From: Trichoplax adhaerens
Taxonomy: Eukaryota; Animalia; Placozoa
Direction: 5' to 3'
Assembly (NCBI RefSeq): GCF_000150275.1
Contig: NW_002060953.1
Span: 290,286-354,285, forward strand
Length of the DNA stretch: 64,000 bases
Shown here: positions 1 to 12,500 of the stretch, one piece after another
Numbering within the stretch: position 1 is the first letter of the stretch
Layout: every line of letters starts with the position of its first letter
Made by a program: the position numbers and the translations under genes
The notes under the pieces: generated by a model
What the model saw: only the letters and a program-made list of their open reading frames with translations
Databases searched by the model: none
What the model was told of the DNA's origin: nothing

Positions 1-447
1 TTGAAACTTTCTTCTTGAAATATCCTTGTAATGAGCTATTATTTAGCCATGATAAATTAATATCAGGTGCTATATCTACAGCATGAAAGAAAACTAACCG
101 CTGTCTATCAATTAGAATAAGAAATAACGCATTCAATGTGAATGAAATAATCGACAGCAAGATTCATGTATTATATCGTCAAGAAAGATTCTATTTATCT
201 AATAAGACTTTCTTACGTATACCACTTAATTTTATACGTATTGTTAGTCAAAATGAACTCTGTAATCAGAGCTATAACAACCAGCCACCATTTTCGATGG
301 TATCCTAAATCTATTTGCCGTGGTAAGAGAATAATAATTCATTTATTTCTCCCCTTTTAAGAGCATCTGTATTAAATTATTCATGTAGTCATGAATATTA
401 TAGAAACTGTAGCATTGAACTAGATGGCTGTTCTGAACTTTAATAAT

Positions 448-1644
448 TTAGACAAAGGTAACCTTACGAGAATGAGTCACATACAATTTAGTTGTACTTC
501 GATCACTATCACTGGATGCTGTTCGACTTGATTCAGGAATATAGGTAATATCGGGATTGACCGAGTATTGATAATCACTAATGAAATATTTTGCCTTAGT
601 CAGTCGTTGACAACAAAAAATAGATTTAAAGGCTGAATTAAAGTGAGGATTACAATAATAGCAAATAATAACATTGGAGATACTATAAAAGTAGGTTAAA
701 TATTTAGTAAATGTTCGAATTATTAATATTTTTTGGCGAAAATCACAATCGTATTTGCTATAGATAGCTATGAGATCCAACATTACGTTAGTATCCACTA
801 GAAAAATATAAATCCAGAAGGGTAGCCATGCTAACAGATAAACTACAAATATGATGACTGACATTTTACGTAATTTCTCTTTAATTGAATCAATACTTTG
901 ATCATGTTGAAGAAACTGTAAATCATCAGATGCGCTGAATACTTTTTCAGGCAATTGTCGACCAGGGCTCATTGCTAAATCACGAATAACTTGAATATTG
1001 AAAAAGGCAACAGTAAGTACAGGCGCCACGAACGTAAGAGCAAAGAGGCAAGCATCATAAATTAATCGATTAGGATAACTTTGCAGCGAGCTATTTATTA
1101 CTATGCAATAGGATGATTTGCCAAAGGTTTTCGTTTTTAAGGACATTCCATAAGGAATCATATAACCAATTGCCATCAGCCATATTACTCCAATGCAATA
1201 GATTGCTTGTTTTTTATTCGGTTGTACATATAAAGATTTACAGATTGCACGATAACGTGCATAACACATTAATGTGATAGTTAATGCTGAGACGATGGTG
1301 GTAAAGATAAATGATGAATATAAAATTTGACACAGAAAGGATCCAAATGGCCATGTCCCATGAAATAAAAAATCGGAGATAAACTGGAATAATCCAGATA
1401 TAAGAAATAGGATAGTAACAAAGCTATAATTTAACATCATAATGTTGGTAAATGTCCATAATCGACGTGTACGAATAACTACATATCCGATAATGAGATT
1501 GCCAGTTATGGAGAAGATGAAGGTCGTGATGAAAACGATAGCTTTGACGATAGCCACAATCTTACTAATTTCATTAAAGTTGCCATGATCGTAACAATCG
1601 CTAGATATATTGCTGATAGGGTTGCTTGTTTGATTACTAGCCAT
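448..1644 (-). CDS. Rhodopsin-like (class A) GPCR, peptide-receptor-like, single coding exon
   Basis: Seven hydrophobic segments: TM1 GN, ECL1 WPFGSFLC, TM3 end ARY (DRY position), TM4 W, TM5 FVAP, TM6 AWLPFW, TM7 SNVIICY, C-terminal CC. The ORF-track start at 1668 is TTG; the first ATG is at 1644 (MASNQTS), just downstream of a pyrimidine-rich AG acceptor at 1659-1660, so there is probably a 5'-UTR intron. Confidence 0.93.
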   Translation of the reverse strand: MASNQTSNPISNISSDCYDHGNFNEISKIVAIVKAIVFITTFIFSITGNLIIGYVVIRTRRLWTFTNIMMLNYSFVTILFLISGLFQFISDFLFHGTWPFGSFLCQILYSSFIFTTIVSALTITLMCYARYRAICKSLYVQPNKKQAIYCIGVIWLMAIGYMIPYGMSLKTKTFGKSSYCIVINSSLQSYPNRLIYDACLFALTFVAPVLTVAFFNIQVIRDLAMSPGRQLPEKVFSASDDLQFLQHDQSIDSIKEKLRKMSVIIFVVYLLAWLPFWIYIFLVDTNVMLDLIAIYSKYDCDFRQKILIIRTFTKYLTYFYSISNVIICYYCNPHFNSAFKSIFCCQRLTKAKYFISDYQYSVNPDITYIPESSRTASSDSDRSTTKLYVTHSRKVTFV

Positions 1645-1992
1645 GTTAATATTGATATCTACAGTCAAGCAATAGGGAAAAAAAAGAGTAACAAATTAAT
1701 TGACATGGAATGATTAGAAAGCAAAATTGGATATCCGAAAATCGATACTGCTAATCTCTGCAATCTAAAAATTACTTATTTCAAGCCTATTTTTCCCCTA
1801 TACCAAGCAATGATTCGTTTTAGATAAATTAATCGCTTGTATAATAGGTTTTGCAAAGAAGAAATAAGCGTAAAATGCGACTGGCTTACGATAAAACTTA
1901 ACAAAACATAAAGCTACTACTTTTAACAACGTCAATATAAGAATAAATCAACGATTTTGGATAAGAATATAACTAGTAACATTAGATCCTAA

Positions 1993-2325
1993 TTCAGAAA
2001 TTATTATAGTATCAAAGAGTTGGTTGACGATCAACCTGAAGTAATAGAAGGCTTACATTTTTAATTGTATAAACGCCGAAGGAAACTAGTAGATTTGTAT
2101 CATTTCACACGCAATAAGAACAGATATTATTATTATAGCCCCTCTCTTTTAAACGAAATTGGTCAAATTTTCAAAAAAAGACAGCGTCAATATGTTAAAT
2201 TAATTCCAACTCTACATGGAATACCACTACCACTAGGCAGCATCCGATCTTTGCTAAATGAAAAGAAAAATTTTGAAAGGTTACGATCCTGCCAAACTTA
2301 TTTCTCTCTATTCCCAAACTGTTGA
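1993..2325 (+). pseudogene. Possible decayed TIR-like coding relic
   Basis: One frame reads ELVDDQPEVIEGLHF*LYKRRRKLV...SPSLLNEIGQIFKKRQRQYVKLIPTLHGIP...FERL with an internal stop. Loose resemblance by eye to the TIR pattern. Confidence 0.2.
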
Positions 2326-2989
2326 ATGGAGACTAGGATAGCTGTTAAGTAAACTTAAAGCAGCCTACTATCCATCTTGGGATTAAAATTGATGACGAAA
2401 GCGATAGTAGAAAAGAAAATAAGATACCTAATCGACACGATAGTGACGATTACAACTAAAGTGTAGGTAATAATGTAGCACTAGACAGTGAAAAAACTTG
2501 GCAATGTCTATCTTCCCCAATAGAAAACTTTGCGATACTTATCTTCTCTACTAGAACAGAAGACAAACAAATGTCTGAAAGCAAAGTTACTTTCTCGTAT
2601 CAGTTATATTAAGAAGGCGGCGCTGACAAGAATAAAAGAATATTTAATTTCCAACTTGATCTATACACGCTATCTTCAAGTGGTACTAACCCAAGCCTCA
2701 TGTGGCCATGTTTTTGGCCCATCTTAATTAATTATACAAACTAACATGACATTGGGCGGTCACTAAAGTAAATTATGGCTTTTATAGGCTTACAGTCAAT
2801 CATCAATCTCTTGGAATGTCACAAAGACAGCCAATAAGGAACACGCATAACAAATAAATTAAGAAAATATTTTACATCAATTTACAATATCATCATCTTA
2901 TGAGGTTGATAAATGACGACAAATATAGATTTAAACTGGGTGATACTAGATATATTTAATTGAATCATTTCAATTTATCCATTCTGCAT

Positions 2990-3552
2990 CCATTGCGTGC
3001 TATATTGATTACGGTGCCTGGTTAATATTGGTTAATGGTCTATGAGCTCCTAAGTAATTTCCTTTACTCTATCTCGGCAATCATTAGTAAAATAAATTAC
3101 AACAAAAAGAATGACTATCTATTATAATGATTCTTGTAATATATTGACTTATAAAATGTTGACAATATTGACCTAAATTAATGCCATTGACGAATGCTAT
3201 TTGTTTCAATATTAATGTATCATTTTCCATCGATTAGTAAAAGTTGATTAATCAGGTAAAGATGGACACGCTAGAATAAATCTGTTAATTTCCATCATAA
3301 CCCACCCCACTAGCCAATAAATCAGCATCATCTCCATAAATAATTGAAAATGACAGAATATACCGTAATTTCATTAAGCTATAAAAAAATTTAAAATGCC
3401 TTTACAATCAATTCAAATCTAGTCAAGATTTTTTTCATACATAGTATTTTAACTTTACTATAAAAATAGGATCTGATCATGATGGATTCTCCCCTAACCA
3501 TCTTCTATGGCAATAACGTGATGTCCAATTCATGTTATTGCTATTATCCACT
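2990..3552 (-). pseudogene. Possible decayed spliced gene fragment, F5/8 type C (discoidin)-like
   Basis: Exon-like blocks with AG/GT ends (~3552-3459, 3378-3173, 3068 onward). Peptides RYILSFSIIYGDD and KGNYLGAHRPLTNINQAP*...IAR, with stops and frameshifts. Confidence 0.2.
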
Positions 3553-6500
3553 CTAGATATGCAGTACCCGTGTAGTAAGGTTAATAAAAAATAGATTCAT
3601 TATATAATCTCGTAGAAAAAAATCACTAACAAAATCTAAATACAAGCATGGCTTAATGTTAGATTTAGGGTCGGATGAAATTGAAAATATCAAATAGCTA
3701 TTGAATTAAAATAAAGCAATTCTATATTCTCCATGCAATATCATTTTTAAGGATAACGGTAGAGATAAGGCTTAAGTATTTTCGGTCTTTAATGTTAGAA
3801 GGAGTTTAATCAATCAGAAACAGTTGTAATCCGGATTTATTTCTTGGTAACGTACTGTACAGATCTGATCTATTTAATATAATACTTGTATCGGAAAAGT
3901 TTAAAATCGATAGAAGCGATTCTAAACTAGAAGGATCATTGTTGCTATCAATTATAGCGCCCCCTATTACTTGTTTTTCCGTGAATGTTAATAAAATGTA
4001 AAATCAATCAACAGCATAATGATGAACAAGAATAATCATTGTTTAACGAACATGATGCAGTTTGTAGATATTGCTCTTTTTCGTATTATTAGAACGGAAA
4101 ATATTGGAAACTCCCTCTAATAACAGATCACTTCCGTAGTTTTCTTTCTTTAAGTTCGAAAAAGTAGGATGCTTGATTAGTAACTTCCGATCTATAAGGT
4201 AATATGATCGTAGATAATTTTTCGTATGTATTTATGTTTTACAAGTGTTACTAAAATTCTATTGGAGTTAACAAGCTCTAAAGTTATACAAGCATCCTTA
4301 AATGAAATAGTAAAAGCAATGGACAAAGATCTGCAAAAGCCATATTTAGTTTAATAGTAGACTGATAGGGTATAGATTCCCTAAGTTAGCAAGCAGTAGA
4401 ATACTATGGTTTGAATAAGGATAATGTGTACATTGCATAGACGTGTAATCGATATTTATTTGGTAACTCTGTCCGTATTGCTAAATTCTTACTTAACTAA
4501 GCAAACGGTATTTTAATTTCCTATTTTAATAAGGATGATACGGATCAAAATATTCGGATACTGCATAAGAGAAACTTTATAATCCTATTTCTAAACTAGC
4601 TTAATAATAATTTGAGTAATAAGAGTAATATTAGGACGCCGTGAAAGATTAGCAATAGTAAGCAAATTAAGATTATTTCAATCTTTCTACTATATTTGTA
4701 TGGTGTGGCCAAACAGTGAATGTCAACATCATGGCTTGTTAAAACTCTTGGGCTAACAATAAGCAAAGCTTGCGTTTAATACAATATTCATTTTTTTACT
4801 AAATAAATGATAATAAATTATCAATCAGCTAAGCAATTAAACGGTATGCGACATAAATCAGTAATCACTGGTCTCATTTAGAACGTAGTAATGAGAATAT
4901 GCATACGTTAGATTAAAAATAGATTATTAGATATATAGATGAGAATTGATCGCTTTAACGCTTATTAGTATAATACAGTTATGCTTTCATAGGGCACAAA
5001 CATATCGAAAGGTTTGATTAATCGCTCACAAATACAGCGGACAAAAGATAAAAATTATGTCATCGTTTGTGATAGCAAATGATGAGGGGTAGCATACATT
5101 AACCTGAAAGTTCAAAATTAATAATTTTTTTTACCTAATAGAATTCTTCAATGCAAGGGATTAATAGAAAATAATACAAACGACGATGACTAATATGAAC
5201 AGATTACTTATAAATAAATTTGATAATACGCTCAACACAGATGGAGATTATACTCAATATCTTAGTTCAGCAACTTCAGGAATACTGGACATCATCGCTA
5301 CGTAGATAGCAGAAATAATTTTTTGTCTACTATTTTAAGGTAGTCCTATAATCAATAGGAATTAATTTACCCTTCAGTTAGGAGTGCACGCTTGTCTGTA
5401 TTTATTTGTAGAGAAAGAGAATTTTAATGGTAGTCTGTTGATATTGTTCATGCAGAGCTTGATAACTTCTATTTCATCTGCTTTTTAGAGGGACAATTTT
5501 TGAACGAAAACAAGAACAACCATCCAAATAAAATAATACAAAATGGATCACTCTCAATTTATGCAAGTGTTACTAAAGCAATATACCGGTGATTTATTCA
5601 TCCAAAATCATCATTATTAGCTAGGTTTTTTAGGCTGGGAAAATGTTAACCTAGCATGAATAATTAGTTATGCGTGTCAAAAAATTCGATGATCAGTTGA
5701 TTAGCCTGTGAATCGAATATACAATAACTGTTCCATATTCACAATACTATTTTTGCAGTAGCTCTTGAGCTTAAAGTTAAGGAAGAATCTAGTAGGCAAA
5801 TGGCCAGACATGCAATTTTATTTTTAAAATACATGAAATATGACACTATTTACTATAAGATTAAATTGGGGAATAGCACTCAGGGCAGATGGTCGTACTA
5901 TCGATCAATAGAATCAAAATTTATTTGTGTTATGTAAATTAAATAGAAATCATATCCATTTTTAGCAAGCAAGTATCTTAAATATTAGCGGCAGAAAGTG
6001 ATAATTTTTTAAATGCTTGAAGGTTAACATACCTGAAATGCCCTGGGATCAATCTCCTACTTTTTCAATCCGCAATCACTTTTGATAGAATGAAATCCAA
6101 ATTGTTAGATTTAGATATTGCTTTTTATCAAGATTGAAAATTATGGCATCGATGAAACTTGATTACGTTATTATCATATGATCGATGAAATGATAGAATG
6201 AAGAAAAATAAGAAGTGATATAAGCTATCAAATAGTAAAATAGTTTTAAAGCTTGCCTTAAGATTTAAAAACACAATTATATTTCCCGAACTTGTTTACA
6301 ACTTGACAGCATTAAAATTAATACATAATAACAATGATAAATTATCTATTATTCCATATGCTGAATGGCAGAAAGAAAGCTTACAAACATTGTTCCTTTT
6401 GTTTTATTACACCATGTATAAGTCCGTATTATTGTCATACATATTACTTATTCAAATAGTAAAAGATACTTTGGGATTGTATCGAACGTTGTAAATTGGA

Positions 6501-9500
6501 TAACTCGATAATGCAATTTATTAAATGAATAATCTATATATAGCTCATGATAGAGTAGCGATCTAGAATATGTAGGGTCATAGTTTAGCTACCCACTTAG
6601 ATATTAAAAGTCGTCGGAATATTTCCTGTCAATAGAGCCATTAGATAAGATGAGCAATGTAAATTACATTGCTTAGAAAGATGGCAAGAACAGAAATTAA
6701 GTTTAGTTACTGATGATTAAATTGATACATCAGATTAATTACTGCCGATGCCAAGATATATTTTTGAATTTCTAAAAATGAATTTAGTAGACATATTTTA
6801 AAAATAGGTAATCAACAATGTAGTTTTAGTATCTAGATGAAATGTGCAATAGCTTAGTAAGGGTTGTGGCATTTCTCAAAAATACAATCTTTATGGATTC
6901 TTAATGATAGCAACAATTATATGACGGATCGATAGCATAGATTATGTCGATAACTCGTATCTCGTAAATATAATCTATTCCTACTTATTACCCTCCCCTA
7001 CCTGGAATCAAAATAGTATTTCATTTCTGAAATCATTCGTCATATGTAATATTGTGATGATGTTTACTTGTATAGGCCTCTATAGGACTAATTAGCACCA
7101 ATCATAATGATAAAATATTGGTATTTTATCTAGGGAAATGAGTCGCTTTTTCATTTTTCCACGGTTTAAATGATGAGTCAGTAAAAGCTAGATCAGAATG
7201 CCAGGTGATCAATAGAATAGGAAATATACCAAGCCATTTCCATTTTTAAACAAATTATAATAAAAATGAGATAAGGTATCCCAGTTTTATTGTTTTGCCA
7301 CTGTAGTTAACTTGATCGCTATACAAGATAATGAAATATTCCGTAGCAAGCAATGACGAAAAAACTAATAGAATATTTTCTCACTGTCTGATCACAATAA
7401 ATAGAATCATAATTCATTTGAAAAATATAGAAGATCAACACCATTTAAAGCTAACTCATCCAAATTAATTATCAAAATGATACAAGGTAGGAAAAAATGA
7501 CTAGTTGACGTCATGATAGTAGAGACATGGTCAAGATGTAAAAACAAGTGCACAGATACTATAGAATATCAATAATATAACCAGTGTCAATAGAATTGGA
7601 TAAAGCTTATATCTCTCCTACTGCTGTTCTCGTTATAAATAAATAATACAAATTAATGATTTCGAACAATAACACTCATTACCCAAAATAGCAAAATCAA
7701 TCACCCTTAATCATATATTGCTTTTAAAATTAGCTAGACATAACGGAACAGATCTATTTGAAATTTTTAATTAACGATTATTGTAAAAGAAAATATCTAG
7801 CAGTCACAAAGCACCGGCAGTAACACATTGCAACGATCACCAGGAATTTTACATAGCTAAATTAACGCTAATGAACAGAACCTCCTTTTACCGGTGTCAT
7901 AGGAACGTTTTTTTGTTATTGTTACCATTAGAAGGGATAGAAATGATATTATTTGTTTTTTGCTACTAAGGAGACAAAGGAATCCTATAGCCTCCTATAT
8001 TGCCCTGTAATGGCGCCAGTCATAGAAAAATGAAGATAATTCACATATCTTGGTACTCCTAGCAAGGTTGAAAAAGTTCTTGTGTAAGAGTTTGATAAAT
8101 TTATTCAGATTCCTTCATCATTTTCACTAAAAATTATTGCTTATCCTTTACTTTTTTATTCTATGCATCTATTTTCTCATGCCTTTACCTTGTTATGCCT
8201 ATTAATTGTAAACTTACGTGATTAATTATAGAGCTAAATTGGAAATATTAGGGTCATAGTTTGAAACTGACGCTTTCCCCTTTAATTTTGAACTCATTCT
8301 GTGCTATTCTCTATTCGTATTAAAACACGGTAAAAATACTTCTTCATTCAACTTTCTCTATTTTCAGCCAATTAAAATCTCAAATGCCTATCGTAACAAT
8401 CATTTCTTATGAGCCACCTCATCAACAGTACCACCAGAACAATTTTTAAAAATAGTTTGGTTCATGGCACCATTATCACATATGCTTCTATTTCTCAATA
8501 CCTTTATTCTTACTTTGTTTTGAATAATAATAATTAATCTCATTTTAATCGAACAAGCTGCAATATTAGATGGATTTCAGTCTTGATCCTTAATTGTTTG
8601 CTTGAATATATTAGCTCAATAATCATATCCCATTTATAATCTATGCTAAGGTGCACTATACTAACAAACGTATCCTGATTTAAGCTTAAGCTATATTAAT
8701 GGGAAAACAAAACCTTTTCATGAACTATACAATTTAGATTATAAAATTGATTTTTTATTCAAGTGGCCATTTTAATCAGCTACATAAATGAATATTCTGC
8801 TATTGTTATATGCGTGATATACTGTACATACAGTTCCGTATTGACTCATTATCAGAAATAATCATTTTATAAACTCTAACCCATATATGACTAACATTAA
8901 TACAAACGATTTACAATAGATTTGGCCAATTATGCGCGTTACAAGGAAAGTGAATTTAGATAGATATACCCGTATATGCCGTATCATCTTAGATAATACT
9001 GCATCACACTGTCGATCTTGAAAAATATCTATTTCTATTTCCATTAATAAATTGATATAGCAATCCATAGATTTGTATCCCATCTAAGCAAAAATTTATA
9101 TTTCTAGCGACGACATACTCTACCGGAATATCGATTAAGACTGTTAAAATTTCAAGTTTTGTAATACTTATTGAGTTTATGAAACCTAACTTACTGTCTC
9201 ATATATTAATAAATTACCAAATTAAATACTTCTAGCCCGTTTAACGTTTTCTTACGCTAGTACTAACAACAATATTGTGAGGAAGAAAAGGGAATAATTG
9301 AATACGTAAATACTTTTGTAGCAGATTTCTCAGAGTAATTTCCATTAATTCATCTCATTTTATTCGCTCTAATTACGTAAATTTTCAATTAAACAACTTT
9401 CACTTAGCTCTAACTATCGATAAATAATAATAAAATAGATTATAATTATATATGCATATTTCTTTGCTACTAGATGTTAAAATAATCATTGCAAGCCTGC

Positions 9501-12500
9501 TTCATAGTCTTAGACCAAATATGTTCCACTCATTTCAGATTGCTTTTAAAGTACCACCCCAGCTGTTTGATTATATTGTTTAATGAATCTATTTCAGGAT
9601 TTATATTATCTACTGATAAGTAAGAGCATCGCACCGTACTATTGTCATCTTAATTCTGAGTTATTTTCATTTCTCCTCCAACCATTGAAGTATAATTAAT
9701 ATTATCTACTGTTACCGAAATCATAATGCTCCGAATATGTCGTGGGCTAACAATATTGTAGGACGAAAATATCTTCTGAATTTCGATCACATAATTATCA
9801 TCTAGATCTAGCCTGTATTGAGACTTTCGAGCCAAAGTGACACAAGGTGAAAGAAAGAAGCCCGCTACATAAGTATTAAGTATGCGTGCCCATTCAAAAT
9901 CAATAGCACTTTCATATCGTCACACAATCAAAAATTAAATATGCTTTAAATGTTTTCGCACTAAAAGTACAGGTGTTGCACTTTCTTTGCATTCCAAAAC
10001 GAAATTTAAAAAAATAGAATCATTTACATTCCGAACTATAATTATCATATTATTTCTATTATTATTTACTTATAGTACCGTAACATATTTTTTAAAGGTT
10101 AAAGTAACTCATGACGAATTAAACAGTAAATAAAAACCTTTATTTATACTGGACAAAAGTTTACCCAATTTATGCTCTTTGAACTAATGTATCCCATCTG
10201 GTCAATATCGTTGACGAAAAGCGAAGTCATAGAAAAAACTGATACAATAGTATATTATAGCTCTAGTAATGGTAGGTGGTGAGAATGATCACAGTAACTC
10301 AAAATCTATCAATTCCATAATCTAAAAATGACAGTACTAGTTAGATTGACTTTAATAATATATTTATTCCATAATCATTGCATTCGATAAATTTTAAACT
10401 ATATTTAGGCTAAATAAAATGAGACAATACTGTAGTACTGTACAACTCAATGCTTCGTTACATTTGATAATGTACGGTAGCTACCGATTTTAAAGATAGA
10501 TTCCAAAATACAATAAGAAAGCTCGCACCTTACAACTAGAAGAATTGCATTAATGATAAAACTGAATAACAGACCGTACAAGGGATTATTCATACCTACA
10601 GCCATTGTAAATATATATATATATATAGCATTTACAATTTAATCTGCGACTAGTCCTATAGACACAATATCATAATAATGTTCTATAATTTTTCTATCTT
10701 TAATTAATGTCTGAATAATATTCTAAAATATTGAGATTCGATGATAAAGTATAATATTACTTAGGAGACAAGAAGAGGTGAAACTCTATTGAATTAAGTC
10801 ATTCAAATAATTCTTGACATTCTTGTGTGTAAAAGCGAAGCAAATATTTATCAAGGTGAAAATACTAACTTAGAAATTCGACAGTAACTAGATATTAAAG
10901 AATGAAATAAAATACTCGACGATCTATACTCTCTCCTAATAAACAGAATTATGTCATATTATTATCGTGAATCAAGAAAGGTACATTTTTTACTTGCATG
11001 AACATTCATGCAATATCAAAATAGGCTAGAGGGTTATAATGTAAAAATAAAAATCAAAGAAAAATTAGGGTGCCTCCTAACACTTGCTTTAAGTAATAAC
11101 TAAGTGTTAGGATTCGAACTACCCCAAAGAATGGATGACTAAATTCACTGAATTGAGCATTTTACTATGTTGATTATAATTAAGTATTGAAAGTAGGAAG
11201 GAATCATTATGGTTATAACCAAATATATATTGCGCTGTACTGGTAATAGGAACTCCCACATGGTATGATCCCTTATGATTGGAATTCAGACTGATACAAG
11301 ATTATAGAATATAATATAAATGATTCTGTAACTGGTCATACTGTTGTCCGACTATCCAGAATTAACTGGTAAATATCTATATCGATAAACGTTATTCCAT
11401 TAATTTGGCTATCGTATAAAATTAGTCTTAAGAAAATTAACATGAATCATCTAGGTTATAACTTATAGCTACTGCCAAGAAGTATAGAATCTCGGCATAT
11501 CATTGAATAAATCAGTTCTCTAGCTTTATAACTTAAAAGCAAAGGCATCTAATTTCTTGCATTATTATAAGTGATAGTGGTTTCCTAATACCTTGAAAAC
11601 TCTAAAATTTGCTTTACGTAGCCCTTGTTAAGAAACTGGTTCGAAATATCGAGTCATCAGAATACCACATTTACTCTACTGATATATATTCAAAATATAT
11701 ATAAGTACGTGTACGAAAACTTTGAATACTAAACTATGGTATAAATAAATATCATAAGAAGCTCACGATATAAATTGACTTTGAAAGAAGTAATCATATT
11801 ACTTCCAGACAAAGAATAAAGTTGCTAGTAAAAGTCAATCGGCAAATCAACGAAATAATAAATTTTTTTACTAGCTATTATTATTTTAGTGGGTTAATAT
11901 TCTCAGATATTTAAATTTTACCTATAGCTAGTATACGTGCATTAATAGGATAATATATGGTAGAAGATCTAATAGCAAAGAATAGTATGACCTACTATAG
12001 ATTCAGCCTTATTATCATATTGTTCTTGACATTTTAATTACGTACAGAATAACACGTTTCTAACGTGTGGTATACAACCAGTTAACTAACAGCTTTCTTT
12101 GCATATTTGCATCTTAAATAGCTTTCGCACACACCTTCACGCTTTGCTATTTAATAGTGTAGATATTACTTATATAGCTGAGATCTGATAGAATAAAAAT
12201 GCTAAAAGTATACGAGTCTTATTGAAGCTAAGATGTTGTTGCTGTGTTTAACTTATCAAAAGTTCATTCTTGCTATAATATTGAGTAATAGCAGTAAATT
12301 ATCGCATTCTATCAGATAATATATAATTCTTTTGAAGGCTTAAATGCTAAATAGCTTTAAGACAAGGTTTTTATTGGCGTACATAAAGTAGAGCACTGAT
12401 AACAATTTGATAAGATCTCTATCACATAATATTATTTTCATGCCGTCAATTCTATTAGCTCTTGTGATCACCACCGTTAGATAGCAAACTCGGTTTAAGC

